From assembly GCA_963514005.1 (NCBI GenBank), contig OY740794.1, positions 20,274,001 to 20,338,000 of the forward strand: a stretch of DNA of 64,000 bases, given 5' to 3'. Under the pieces are notes generated by a model. That model saw nothing but the letters and a program-made list of their open reading frames with translations. It made no database searches and was not told where the DNA came from. The stretch comes from Raja brachyura (taxonomy: Eukaryota). This document shows, one piece after another, positions 24,330-36,807 of the stretch (its first letter is position 1; every line of letters starts with the position of its first letter). The position numbers and the translations under genes were made by a program.

Positions 24330-24567
24330 AGGGCCTGTCCCACTTTCACGACCTAATTTATGACCTTTTTTACTAGTGGGCATTGTTCATCAGGCTAGAA
24401 AAACGCCCCGACCTACTCGATGCCGCGTGTACCTACGACTAGCATCGCGACCTACCCACGACCTACCTACGACCTCCTACGACCTCGTGACGACCATGCT
24501 GCAAGTATGAGTCAAGGGCAAACTCGGCAGAGGTCGTGAATTAGGTTGTGAAAGTAGGACAGGCCTT
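24330..24567. mobile_element. Harbinger-type MITE inside a minus-strand CR1 tail (24302-24900)
   Basis: TIRs AGGGCCTGTCCCACTTTCACGACCTAATT / AATTAGGTTGTGAAAGTAGGACAGGCCTT, inserted at the host TTA of gcagaattaggcc. Confidence 0.85.
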
Positions 24568-24939
24568 GTAGGCCATTTAGCCCATCGATTCTGCTTTACT
24601 ATCCAATCACGGCTGATTTATTTTGCCCTCTCAACACCATTCTCGTGCCTTCTCCCCATAACTGTTGACACCCTTACTAATCAAGAACATGTCATTGCGT
24701 TAAAAACACCCAATGACTTTGCCTCCACAGCCATCTGTTGAAATGAATTTCACAAATTCACTCCCCCACTGGCTAAAGAAATCCTCATCTCCATTCTAAA
24801 GGTATGTCCTTTTACTCTGAGACTGGGCCTCTGGTCCTGGTCTCTCCCACAATTGGAAATATCCTCTCCATATCCATTCTATCTAGGCCATTCATTATTT
24901 AATTGTTTTCACCCGGAAGAAGGTCTGGCATCATCTCTG

Positions 24940-25130
24940 AAGAAAAGGAATAGGTGAAGTTTCAGTTCGAGACCCTTCTTCAGACTCTGAAGACGGATCA
25001 GATAAAGGGTCTTGACACTAAATGTCATCAATTGCTTTACTCCAGAGTTGCTTCCTGACCAACTGAGTTACTCCAGCATTTTGTGTCTATCTTCGGTGTA
25101 AACCAGCATCTGCGGTTCCTTCCTACACTA
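24940..25130. mobile_element. Inverted Penelope pLTR pair
   Basis: cccttcttcagac followed by the sense copy ...gagttactccagcattttgtgtc...ccagcatctgcggttcc. Confidence 0.65.
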
Positions 25131-25599
25131 TAGTCTAAATGAATCAAGTCCCTTCATAAATGTAACCATCTGTCTTCAGGGCATGAGAAATTACGTAGAT
25201 ATAAAACTCCAAAGGCATTCCCAACCAATGAACTCACTGGGGCCCAGTGCCTGTTTATACCCAACCTCTTTACTACAATATTATCAATACTAAAATATAC
25301 AAGTACAATTGAGAGGTAGTAATGGAAATTAAAGTTAATTGTGAACAGGGGATTTAAGAGAGACTTGGAGCAAGCAGTAAGTAAAATTCTTAAAGAGGAC
25401 CTATCACCGTACGGTCATTTATTGAGCTTAACAGCAACGGATTGGGTAAGGTTTGTTGGCTTTAAAGATTGGTGAAGCAATCATTAATAGCTGTGAACAC
25501 ATTTGTTTCTGAGCTTGTTGTCCATGGATCTCAGGTCCATGAATTATTTTCAAAATGCACAGTATTTACTCACTGTACATTCATCTCATGGGGTCATAG

Positions 25600-25820
25600 T
25601 GATAGAGTCATACAGTATGGAACAGGCCCTTCAGACCAACTTGCCCAAGCCGACCAACATGCCCATCAACACTAGTCCCACCTGCCTGTGTTTGGCACAT
25701 ATCCCTCTAAACCCAGCCTATCCATGTACCTGTCTAAATCTTTCTTAAATGTGGCAATCGTACTTGCCTCAACTACCTCCTCAGGCAGCTCGTTCCATAC
25801 TCCCACCACCCTTTGCGTAA
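25600..25820 (-). mobile_element. CR1 3' fragment
   Basis: IFTQRVVGVWNELPEEVVEA...LDRYMDRLGLEGY. Confidence 0.8.
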
Positions 25821-26289
25821 AAATGTTCTTCAATAAAACCTGGAATTGTGCAGAAGAATTTCTGTCCAATTCTGCACATATTCTGACTTAAACATCTGTG
25901 CGAATTTGTGTTGCTTCGCAGATCACACTCACATTAATAGAGCTAACTCTTCAAATACAGCTGTTTCTCCAACAAAATGAAGCTCACATGTTCGCCAACT
26001 GAAAAAATCCACAAATATTTACAACATTGTTAAATTAAATCATCCTTGTATCAGTGAAAGCTGTTAATGTTCACCAGTAAAAACAAGAAAATCCCTGAAA
26101 TACACAGCAGGTCGCACTCTACTAATTGTCCTGAAATGTTGACTCTGGTTTCCTTCCCACTGATGCTGCATAAACTGCTGAATATTTCCAGCATTTTTTT
26201 TTGTTTCCCAGCATCTGCTGTTTTTTCTTTGACTTTCAGCATTCACCAACATCTCATCTTGAATGAATAGCTAAACTGCTAATGGAAAG

Positions 26290-27695
26290 AGGAAAAGGAA
26301 GGCTGAGGATCCACAAGCCCGTCTTCATTGGCGGGTCGGTGGTGGACAGATTAACAACTGCAAATTCCTGGGCGTGCATATCTCTGAAGATCTGTCCTGG
26401 ACCCAGCACATTGATACAATGATAAAGAAAGCCCACCAATGCCTCTACGTCCTTAGAAGATTGAGAAGGTTCAGCATGTCAATGAATACTCTTGAACTTC
26501 TACAGGTGTTCGGTGAAGAGCATATTGACGAGTTGTATTGCAGCATGGTTCAGTAACTCAAACGCCCCGGAATGAAGGAGAGTACAAAAAGTGGTGAACA
26601 CTCCCGGTCCAAAACGTCTACTGACCCCACCATCGAAGAGTTTATAGAAGGGTTTAATATGTTGTCTAAGTTCTGTGTTAAGTAACCTGTTGTGTTGCTA
26701 CAAATAAGTAGCATTAACTTGGCACAAAGCTACAAGTTCTAGGGGCACCAATCATCCTTCTAAACTCCAGATTGTACAAGCCCAGCTGCTTCATTCTCTC
26801 AGCATATGACAGTCCCGCCATCCCGGGAATTAACCTTGTAAACCTACGCTGCACTCCCTCAATAGCAAGAATGTCCTTCCTCAAATTAGGGGACCAAAAC
26901 TGCACACAATACTCCAGGTGTGGTCTCACTAGAGCTCTGTACAACTGCAGAAGGACCTCTTTGCTCCTATATTCGATTTCTCTTGTTATAAAGGTCAACA
27001 TGCCATTTGCTTTCTTCACTGCCTGATGTACCTGCATGCTTACATACATAGACTGAAGTACAAGGACCCCCAAATCCCATTGTACTTCCCCTTTTCCCAA
27101 CTTGACACCATTTAGATAGTAATCTGCCTTCCTGTTTTTGCTACCAAAGTGGATAACCTCACATTTATCCGCATTAAACTTCATCTGCCATGCATCTGCC
27201 CACTCCCCCAACCTGTCCAAGTCACCCTGCATTCTCATAGCATCCTCCTCACAGTTCACACTGCCACTCAGCTTTGTGTCATCTGCAAATTTGCTAATGT
27301 TACTTTGAATCCCTTCATCCAAATCATTGATGTATATTGTAAATAGCTGCGGTCCCAGCACCGAGCCTTGCAGTACCCCACTAGTCACTGCCTGCCATTC
27401 TGAAAGGGACCCGTTAATCCCTACTCTTTGTTTCCTGTCTGCCAACCACTTCTCTATCCATGTCAGCATTCTACCCCCAATACCATGTGCCTAATTTTGC
27501 CCACTAATCTCCTATGTGGGACATTATCAAATGCTTTCTGAAAGTCCAGGTACACTACATCCACAGGCTGTCCCTTGTCCATTTTCCTAGTTACATTTTC
27601 AAAAAATTCCAGAAGATTAGTCAAACATGATTTCCCCTTAGTAAATTTGTTTGTCCATTTCAATATATGTGACAATTAAACACTCTTGTCTTGAT
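26290..27695 (+). mobile_element. Rex1/Babar-like LINE 3' fragment, with its tail interrupted by CR1
   Basis: FLGVHISEDLSWTQHIDTMIKKAHQCLYVLRRLRRF; the tail gtgacaattaaacactcttgtcttg lies after the CR1 insert. Confidence 0.7.
26752..27646 (-). mobile_element. Internal CR1 RT fragment, truncated at both ends
   Basis: YLDFQKAFD...GVLQGSVLGP...KFADDTKL...RPHLEYCVQFWSP; no 3'UTR or tail. Confidence 0.92.
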
Positions 27696-28269
27696 TTGCA
27701 GAGGTTCCAAGAACATCCCTATCCACAACAGAGGATATGTCCATCCCATCAGTGTTAAAAACATGGCTGATACATTCACAACCAGAAGGGCAAATCAATG
27801 ATCCCTCTCCACTTCCCACATCCCAACTTGTATCAACCTAATTATATCCAAAGTTAACACATTCACAAAAAACAAAACAAATCTATTCCGACCGATTACT
27901 AATCACTAATCTCAATCATTAGTGCGGTGATGGAAGCTTCCATTAACAGTGCCTTCGCAAGGTAAGTACTCCCCAATATCCTGGTCTCCAATGCCAGTTT
28001 GGACATTGCAAGGGCCACCTAGCTCGAGAAAGGCTTTTCACCATCCACGGGACATAATCAGAAGTGAAATGGAAGACACGCCACTTACATGGATTAGTGC
28101 AACTTCAACAATCTCGGAAAGCACGAAAGCATCGAGAACTAAATAGTCTACCCGAATGGTATCTAATCATCCATGCATAACATTTGTTCCCTCTACTGCC
28201 AGTGCATCAGTAGTTGCATAATGTGCTACAGGTAATCATTTACATTATTCCGGTAACACCTTAAGAAGG

Positions 28270-28760
28270 GCTACAGGGAAAAGCCTGGAAATTACAGGCC
28301 AGTGAGCCTAACATCTGTGGTCAGAAAGTTACTAGGGTGTATTCTAAGATATGCATGCATTTAGATAAACAAGGGGTGATTAGAGGATGTCAACAAGGTT
28401 TTGTACGTGGGAGATCATGTCTCACAAATCTGATTGAGTTTTTTCAAAATATGACCAAAAAGGTTGACGAGGGCAGAGCTGTAGATGTTGTCATTATATG
28501 GATGTTGCCAGGACTTGAGGGCCTGAGCTATAGGAAGAGGATGAACAGGGGGGGGAGGGGGGGGACAAGCTGCCTGAGGAAGTAGTTGTGGCATGTACTA
28601 TCAAAACATTTAAGAGACATTTGGACAGGTACATGGATAGGATAGGTTTGGAGGTTTATGGGGCAAGTGCAGGCAGGTGTGACTAGTGTAGATGGGACGC
28701 ATTGGTCGGAATGGGCAAGTTGGACCAAAGAACGTGTTTCCATGCTGTACGGCTCTATGA
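28270..28760 (+). mobile_element. Deleted CR1 fragment
   Basis: QQGFVRGRSCLTNLIEFF fused to 3'-end sequence. Confidence 0.75.
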
Positions 28761-30321
28761 CTGCAAAACCACAATATCTACTACCAAGAAGAACCTGAAA
28801 AATGAATCAATTTGTAGAATAGCATCTTCCCAACCACTTTCATTCAGACCAAATGTTTTCAAACAATCCCTTTCTGATCTTTCTGGCAAAGGCTTGTGAA
28901 ATAGCAGACTGCTCCCACTTTATAGTATGAGACACATTAGAAGTTTGCAAACCAACCATCATTTAGAACCACATGGTAGCACTTGTGGACTTAACATCAG
29001 TTGATGAGAACCTGCATCCAATCTGTATTTTAACTCAGTTGTCTCTGCTCATGCTGCCAATGTAATTTTTTTTTCTTCCTTACAAAGAAAATGAAAGAAA
29101 GAACTTGCATTTAAGTTATTCCTTTAATGACCTCAAGATCAATAAATATTTAGGACATATAATTTATCTCAGAAGTATGTTGGTTGGTTGGTTGTTTGTT
29201 GTTTGTTTATTTTTTGCACAAAGTCCGCAGGCACTGCCACTTTTCATTTCACTGCACATCCCGTATGTGTATGTGACGAATAAACTTGACTTGACTTGAG
29301 AAGTAACTCATGTCCCCAAAAACTCACAGTTTACGAGTTACTTCTGAGCATCAACAGTACAGCAGTTCAGGAAAGCAGAGCAGCTATTTAATGTGGAGCA
29401 AAATCAGGTCATATTCATGGATTACATGAGGAATGAAACAGATATAATCATGTTGAATGTGAGATAAATATTGGCCAGACCACCGGGAATGCTTCAGTTA
29501 TTTTCCCAATAATGCATGGACTTCACGTACATCCCTCTATATGACAAATGGGATTTTGCATTCGCCTCTTGTCCTGTGGACTGACTCACTGTGAGAAAAC
29601 TCCCTTACAGTCAAGAGTATAGTCAAAGATATGGCCTTAAGACACAGCCATTTGACTGGTAAACACCATCACTAACCTAGAAACTAGAAGCCATATCTAT
29701 GAATCCCATCACTGAGCCAATTCTTAGCCTAAGCATGGTATCAACAACCAAAAGCACAAGAAATCATGCAAATGCTGGGATTTTGAGCAAGACACCAAGG
29801 GTTGGATAAACTCAAGGGGTCACACATCATCTGTGGAGTGAATGGACAGATGTCTTTTACGGTCTCGACCCCTCTTTATTTATATTTTGCTGTTAAAATC
29901 ATGGACATTCCAGGGAAGACATTCTTTCTTAAAATTAATTCACATCCCCCCACTTTGATGTGCTAAAAAAACGCCTTCTTGTTACCCAAAAGAATCAAAT
30001 GCGTACTGGACTGGAGCTGTATGGACAGGATGCATAATAGAAAATGTTTCCCCACAGCAGAAGTGTCTAAAGGCAAAGGGGATGGGTTTAAGATTTGGGG
30101 TACGACATTTAGATGGGATTTGAGGAGGAAATATTTTCACCCAGGGGGTGAATGGAAACTAGAAAGCATTGTTTGTGGGAGGTGTGGTGGTAGGTGTTAT
30201 TATAACATTTAGGATGTGAAAAATTAAGCTTTTCACTCTACCTCAGTACGCGTGACAATAATAAACCTAAATCTACACTTACACCTGATAATGTAATCAA
30301 GTATGTGAATATGCTGAAGAA

Positions 30322-30615
30322 GGGGTGGCACAGTGGTGCAACGGCAGAGTTGTTGCCTTACAGCGTCAGAGACCTGGGTTCGAACCTGAGCACGGGTGAT
30401 GTCTGTGCGGAGTTTGTATGTGACCATGTGGGTTTTCTCCTGGTGCTCCGGTTTCTTCAAAAACATACAGGGTTGCAGGTTAATTGTCTTCAGTAAAAAT
30501 TGTAAATTGTTCCTAGTGTGTAGGATAGTGCTAAGGTATACGGTGATCACTGGTCGGCATGGATTTGGTGGGGTGAAGGGCTGTTTCCACGCTGTGTCTC
30601 TAAAGTCTAAAATCT
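30322..30615 (+). mobile_element. HE1-type SINE
   Basis: Full head, V-domain and ctaaa-type tail. Confidence 0.85.
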
Positions 30616-32479
30616 AAATGACACAGTGAGTAAGATTTATCAGAAGTGCCTGGTCCAATTCTCCTATGTGTGAGACTTCAATCAGAAATGGGAGAAAATG
30701 TATCAGAGAATGCACAGAGATTTTTATGCGCATTTTATGAATAAAACTGGGCTTTAGTGGTTCAATTTCTGGGCATCTGATTACAAGATAAACTGCAGAA
30801 CAATAATACCACATGGAATCAAATTGCATTTTGATGGGGTCTTTAATGAAGCAGTTATGACTTGGCTGATTGCCATATTCCATGCCTGTTTTCTCCCTCC
30901 CCCACCCCAATGTCCGTGAATTTGGTGCTGGCAACAGTAATTATTCACCGTGTGTGACTGCAGGCTGTAACGGAATATCACCATTGCTGCGAAAAGCAAT
31001 GCTGCCGTCTGACTAACATCTGCACGATATGACATTGCTTTTGAACAAATTGCCACTGTCTTGCATTTTCCGTTTGGCAACCGTTATGCCAGAGCATGTG
31101 GTTTGCTTCTGCGACGGTTGATCTATGCAGGATATAAATTCTTATTTTAAAGGCGAGATACTGTTCCAGGAGTGCAAAGATACACATGTGCCTGCCAATT
31201 TAGGCCCACTTTCCTCACTCTGCCACCACAAACCAGATGACGGACTTACCAAACAACTCCTAAGAATTGATTGACTCCAGTCTCCAGCACTATACTCTCA
31301 GAAGTAATAAAAGCAGCAAGATTACAACCAACTCTACAGTCCAGTGACACATAGAAATTATGCCACAGAGTTTTTATTTCCAAAACCTTTATGTATGCAC
31401 CCAAAAATAGACAGATGTGGAAGTGATATAGTAACTGGAAATGTGTGGAAGGCTCATCACCAGTGGTAAGGCAACCAAGTCAGTGCTCAGTGTTCACATG
31501 CATTGATTTCTGATTTCCAATTTCTTTATCCTTGAAGGTAAAGAATTTCATCCTTTCAATCTCATTCAAAATGTGCTCTTATCCCAGAGCTGCAAAAGTA
31601 CACCCATTGCATTTGGATGAATGTGTCAATTTTATCATAAGAAGTGCTTGGGAGTCAGGGGTTATGGGGAGAAGGCAGGGTAATGGGGTTAGGAGGGAGA
31701 GATACTGTAGATCAGCCAAGATTGAATAGCGGAATAGACTTGATGGGCCGAAGGACCAAATTCTGCTCCTGTCACTTACGACCTGATGACCTTCCCTTAG
31801 ATGATCGCACAGAATGAATAAAGGGTGGTTTAAGAATATGGTTTAGCTCACTTTATAAAGAAATCTAGTCTGCCTACTTTAACCTGCTCAGCATTCATTT
31901 CTTTATGCTAGGCCTGTCGTAACCTATTACACATTAATGATATTAATAAGTAATTGAGATTTCACTTTGCAATAACAAATATGACAATATTTTTGCCACT
32001 ATATTAATAAAGATGTCCACCTACCTAATTTATATTGTTTTGTTCTGGAATTCTTTGTGATTCCCATATCCATGACTACTTATTATTGATTCCAAATGTA
32101 TAAATTTCATATTAGATTTTAATGCATCCAAGCTTGGAGATAACATGCAGTCTGTATTTGGTTTTCATTCATAAAAATATGTCAGTGAGGTTTCTATAGA
32201 TAATTTTGTCAACTGAAAAGTCACATGTTACTTATAACCCACCGCATGGTTCTTTTATTAACCTGAGTGCTTCCAGAGTAAATGCTGTGATTTCAAATAC
32301 TTGGCACAAAGCTACAAGTTCTAGGGGCACCAAGCATGAATCTGACTGCATTGGTGAACAGCCTGATTCATAACTCATATGATTGATCATTCTCTCAAAT
32401 CAGAGGATATGCAAACATATCAGTAGTAAAAATTGCCGAAAGAACACCGTGGGATTAAAACAATACCTCTGACTTCTAT

Positions 32480-32779
32480 TGTTTAATAAGGAACTGCAGA
32501 TGCTGGAAAATCGAAGGTAGGCAAAAATGCTGGAGAAACTCAGCGAGTGAGGCAGTATCTATGGAGCAAAGGAAATAGGCAATGTTTCAGATCGAAACCC
32601 TTCGACAAAAATGCTGGAGAAACTCAGCGGGTGAGGCAGCATCTATGGAGCGAAGGGATAGGTGAAGTTTTGGGTTGAGGGTGCTATCCTTCTGAAGAAG
32701 GGTCTCGACCCGAAACGTCACCTATTCCTTCGCTCCATAGATGCTGCCTCACCCGCTGAGTTTCTCCAGCATTTTTGTC
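32480..32779. mobile_element. Composite inverted Penelope pLTR unit with TSD
   Basis: Two antisense copies and one sense copy, flanked by tacctctgacttctat at 32464-32479 and 32780-32795. Confidence 0.8.
32692..32719 (+). ncRNA. Minimal type I hammerhead ribozyme motif (best-preserved copy)
   Basis: CUGAAGA-A-GGGUC-UC-GACCC-GAAAC-GUC, with a perfect stem II and a palindromic ACGU mini stem III. Confidence 0.7.
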
Positions 32780-33459
32780 TACCTCTGACTTCTATGCCAT
32801 TTGTTTCACCCCAAAGGTAATTACATTGCAAGAGCTATAATTTCCATTTACTATTTTGCAAAGCCAACACAGGAAAGACTGAATTGTGACCTGGAAGATT
32901 ATTGGAAAGAGTTAGCACCCACTGAGTCCACGCCAACCAGCGATCACCCCGTACACTGAGAACATTTTACAATTTTACCAAAACCAATTAACTAACTTGA
33001 AATCTTGAAACCTACAAACCTGTACATCTTTGGAGTGTGGGAGGAAACCGGAGTACCTTTGTCCTTTGTCAAATCCACCATCACGGCAATCAACCGAGAA
33101 CCTTTGTTGCAATTTCTCTATCATAAGTATGTCGAGAGACCAGACACAACATTAACCTTCCTAATTGACTGCCAGAGCTGTGTGTTAACTCTCAGTGATG
33201 TATATACAAGTTCACCCAGGTCTCTCAAAACACCATTCAATTTTCCACCATTTAGAAAAATCCTTTGCCTTTCTACATTTTTCCATAGTGGAGAATTATG
33301 TTGCAGTTTTCCACATTATAACATTTCTGTCAAACTCTGTCCTCTCATTTAACCTGTTCTTCAAAGGTCCTCTGTACACTGCAGGGAAGGTATATGGTAC
33401 AAGCTATAACAACATGTAAAAGATATTTGGATAGGAAAGGTTTAGAGAGATATCCTACT

Positions 33460-33850
33460 TAGGGCAGCACAGTGGCACAGCGGTAGAGTTGCTCTCTTAC
33501 AGCATAAGAGACCCGGGTTTGATCCTGACCAGGTGCTATCTGTACAGAGTTTGTACATTCTCCTTGTGACCACATTAGCTTTCTCCAAGTGCTCCGGTTT
33601 CCATCCACATTCCAAAGACTCCATAGATGCTGCCTCACCCGCTGAGTTTCTCCAGCATTTTTGTCTATCTTCGATTTTCCAGCATCTGCAGTTCCTTCTT
33701 AAACATAAGGTTTGTAGGTTAATTGGCTTTAGTAAATAATTGTAAATTGTCCCTAGAGTGTAGGATAGTGCTGGTGTATGGGGTGATTGGTGGTTGGCTT
33801 AGAGGGCCGACAGGTGGTTTCCACGCTGTTTCTCTAAACTAAAAATATAT
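33460..33850 (+). mobile_element. HE1 SINE with a nested PLE fragment (33620-33705)
   Basis: SINE head and V-domain, with inserted ccatagatgctgcctcacccgctgag... Confidence 0.8.
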
Positions 33851-35666
33851 AAACTAAACGTTAGCGGCCTAACAAGTGCAGATGGGACTAGTGTAGATGG
33901 GGCATCTTGGCAGCATGGGAAAATTGTGCTGAAGGGCCTTTTTCTGTGCTGTATGGCTCTATGACTACGACACTCCTCACGGTCCATATCACCAGTTCGT
34001 TTTATATCAACATCAAGAAACCCCAGGGACCACCTTGTCCACTGACAATGAATCCTTTCTGAATACTGAGGGACATCATTTTTTCTTGAGGATGGTAGTG
34101 AGAACTAAGGTTATAGAACCACAGCTGGCTGAGTTGCAAGAAGATAGGGGTGAAAGGTCAAGAGAGCAAAGGCTATTGGGATTGCCCAATGGGGGTTATC
34201 CAAAGTTATCTATACTTAGGGTAGCAGATCATGTCAAGGAATTTCAATGAACCTTGCAGAACATTCTGGAGAGAGAGGGGATGATTTGTCAGAGAGTGTA
34301 GTCCAAGCTGTAATCGATGATATGGGTAGACAAAGAGATGTGGTCCTCAGTGTAATTTTACATGGTTACAACAGAGATTTGGAATCATTACCTCTACAGA
34401 TCGACAACTAGTATGAAGAATATTGAGAGGTAGATTTGCAAGTAATTTTCAGGGACGTGCAGAAGCTATTCAGTAGTAAAAATGGAGGACTTTAACTATC
34501 TAAATATAGACTGGGATAGCTTAAGGGAGATGGTGGGGTGGGATTTCTGAAATATGTTCAAAAGAACCTTGATCAACATATTTCTGGCCCAACCAGTAGG
34601 GTGGCATTCCTGGACTTCTTCCTGCGATATGTCAGGTCAGGTGGTCCAAGTATCAATGGAGGAATAGCCAGGAAAAAACAATCATAACTTCATTAGGTTT
34701 AACGCTATTATAGAAGACAATAAAAACTAAAAAATAAGCCATTTGGGTAATTGGATAATGGGGCAGTATGTTAATTCTGTTCCTCTTTCCACCAAAGTTA
34801 TCTAGGTTTGGTTTATTAGAAAAATAAACTGAGATACATAGACTGAGATACAGCAATAGCTTTTGTTTGCATGTCATCCAGTCAAATCAAATCATTCTAT
34901 ACACAAGTACAATTACTACATGCACAAGTACAACAGGTAGTGCAAAGAGAAAAATGCCAGAGTGTAATACCAGTATTACAGCATGATTGCTTTAGAGTCA
35001 ATGGTGGGGAGGCTGGTCTGTGTGATGGACTGGGCTACATCCACAACTCTTTGCAATTTTTTGTACTTTTGGGCAGAACTGTTCCCAAACCAAGCTGTGA
35101 TGGATCCCAATAGATTACTTTCTACAGTGCATCTGCAGAAGTTGGTAAGTGTTGTTATCCGCTCAGTGTTTCCATCAATTTCTGTTCTCTGTTTTATTTA
35201 TATAGAACTGATACAGATTCAACAGCCCGGATGGTCTTGTTCCATGCTGCAACCATTCCATCATTACAATTGGACTATGAAGCAGAATATGTATTTAAGC
35301 GCACCTTTGATAACATTGGTGACATACTCTTGAATGAGACTCCAGTCCATTCTATTCCCCTTTTTAAGTTGTAGGTCAATGCCATGTTTCTTACATGATT
35401 TTGCCAATCCACTTATGTACAAGCAGATTGCTAACATAGGCCACCTATTAAACTGGAAAAGGGCCTCGGCTTAATCAAACATCTTACAACCAGCAGTAAT
35501 CTTTAAAATCACAGATTCACAGTAAAAAAAGATATTGGGCAAGGAAATTGATGTTGGAGGAAGAGGGGAAAGAAAAATTAATTTTACTTACCGATCAGAG
35601 AGGAAATATAACTAACAGCATTAATAAATTAAATGTAATATTTTGATTCCTTAAACATCAAGAATA

Positions 35667-36807
35667 TCTCTATATAATTAAAAGTCTTCGGTTGTTTGTG
35701 CCCACGATATGTCTGTGTGTGTGTGTGTCAATCTGATTAATTCCTATCTTCTTCCAAACACTAGGCCACAGCCTTCCCATTTTCACATATCCTACTCACA
35801 TTTTCCCGTGGTAGCGATAAACATCTTCCCGTCGCAATCCCACCTATGTTTCCGAAGTTATTAATCATTGAAATTAAAAAATGGCAAACACAGCTTCCCA
35901 CAGAGAGCTTTTTCACAGCAGCTTCAAATGATGATGTCACAATGCCACTCACAGACGTCCAATCACAATGGATAGCCAAAACCAACTTTTAAAACACCAG
36001 CTTCCAGCAATGTCACAATGCCGCCCCCCTTACTCTCCCCCCCACCCCTTACCCTCCCCCCACCCCTTACCCTCCCCCCCACCCCCCACCATCCCACCCA
36101 CCCCTCCCCCCCCCTGTCCCCCCCCCCCCCCCCAGCCCCCCCCCCCCACAACGGTAGAGTGAAACAGAATATTCCACCACCTTACAGTGACGTCAGGGGG
36201 AGGGCCTCATTTCAGAAACAGTTGCTCCCCAACCATCACCTTTGCATTGCTTGAAGTTGACTCAACATCCACTTCTGCAACGCTTGATTCTAACTGATTC
36301 ATTTTAAAGATAACGTTTATTTTAATATATCTTGCAGTTATTAAAAAAAGAAGAAACTAGCTTTTATTCACTTTCTCGGCCCCGCTCGCTGGCCTTGGCT
36401 GTGCCCTGCTCGGTGGCCTCGCCTCTGCCCCACACGTTGACATCAGCCCCGTTCGCTGGCATCGGCTCCGCCCTGCTCTCTGGCCTCGGCCCCACTGGCT
36501 GGCCTCGACTCCACCCCGCTCGCTGCCTCCCCCCACCCCCTCCTCCCCCCTGCCCCACCTGCCCCCCACCCTCCACCTGGCCCCCACCCCCCGCCCCTGC
36601 CCCCACCCCCCCCCCTCCCTCCAGTGCACAAATCACAAAGGGCTCTCAAGCTGCCGAGTGCCACACCCCAGCCCCCTCCCACCCCTTTGGGTTATTCATG
36701 ATTAAAGTTTTAAAAAAGCCAAACGGGTTGCGCTGGGGGAGCGGGTGAGTGCTGCAATATTGCATTGGGGGAGCAGACCCAGCAGACCGGGTCTGCACTT
36801 GGTCTAG
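35667..36807 (+). mobile_element. Non-autonomous Helitron
   Basis: 5' A|TCTCTATATAATTAAAAG; 3' hairpin GCAGACCC...GGGTCTGC then ACTTGGTCTAG|T; no TSD; C-rich low-complexity interior. Confidence 0.8.

Noticed and set aside
27700-28260. Traces of an ancient LINE RT (also CR1 ORF1/EN traces at ~34040-34700)
   Set aside because: Too degraded to delimit or classify by eye.
35960-36750. Pro-rich and Gly-rich ORFs (also at 46844-47479)
   Set aside because: They are translations of low-complexity C/G tracts inside Helitrons.
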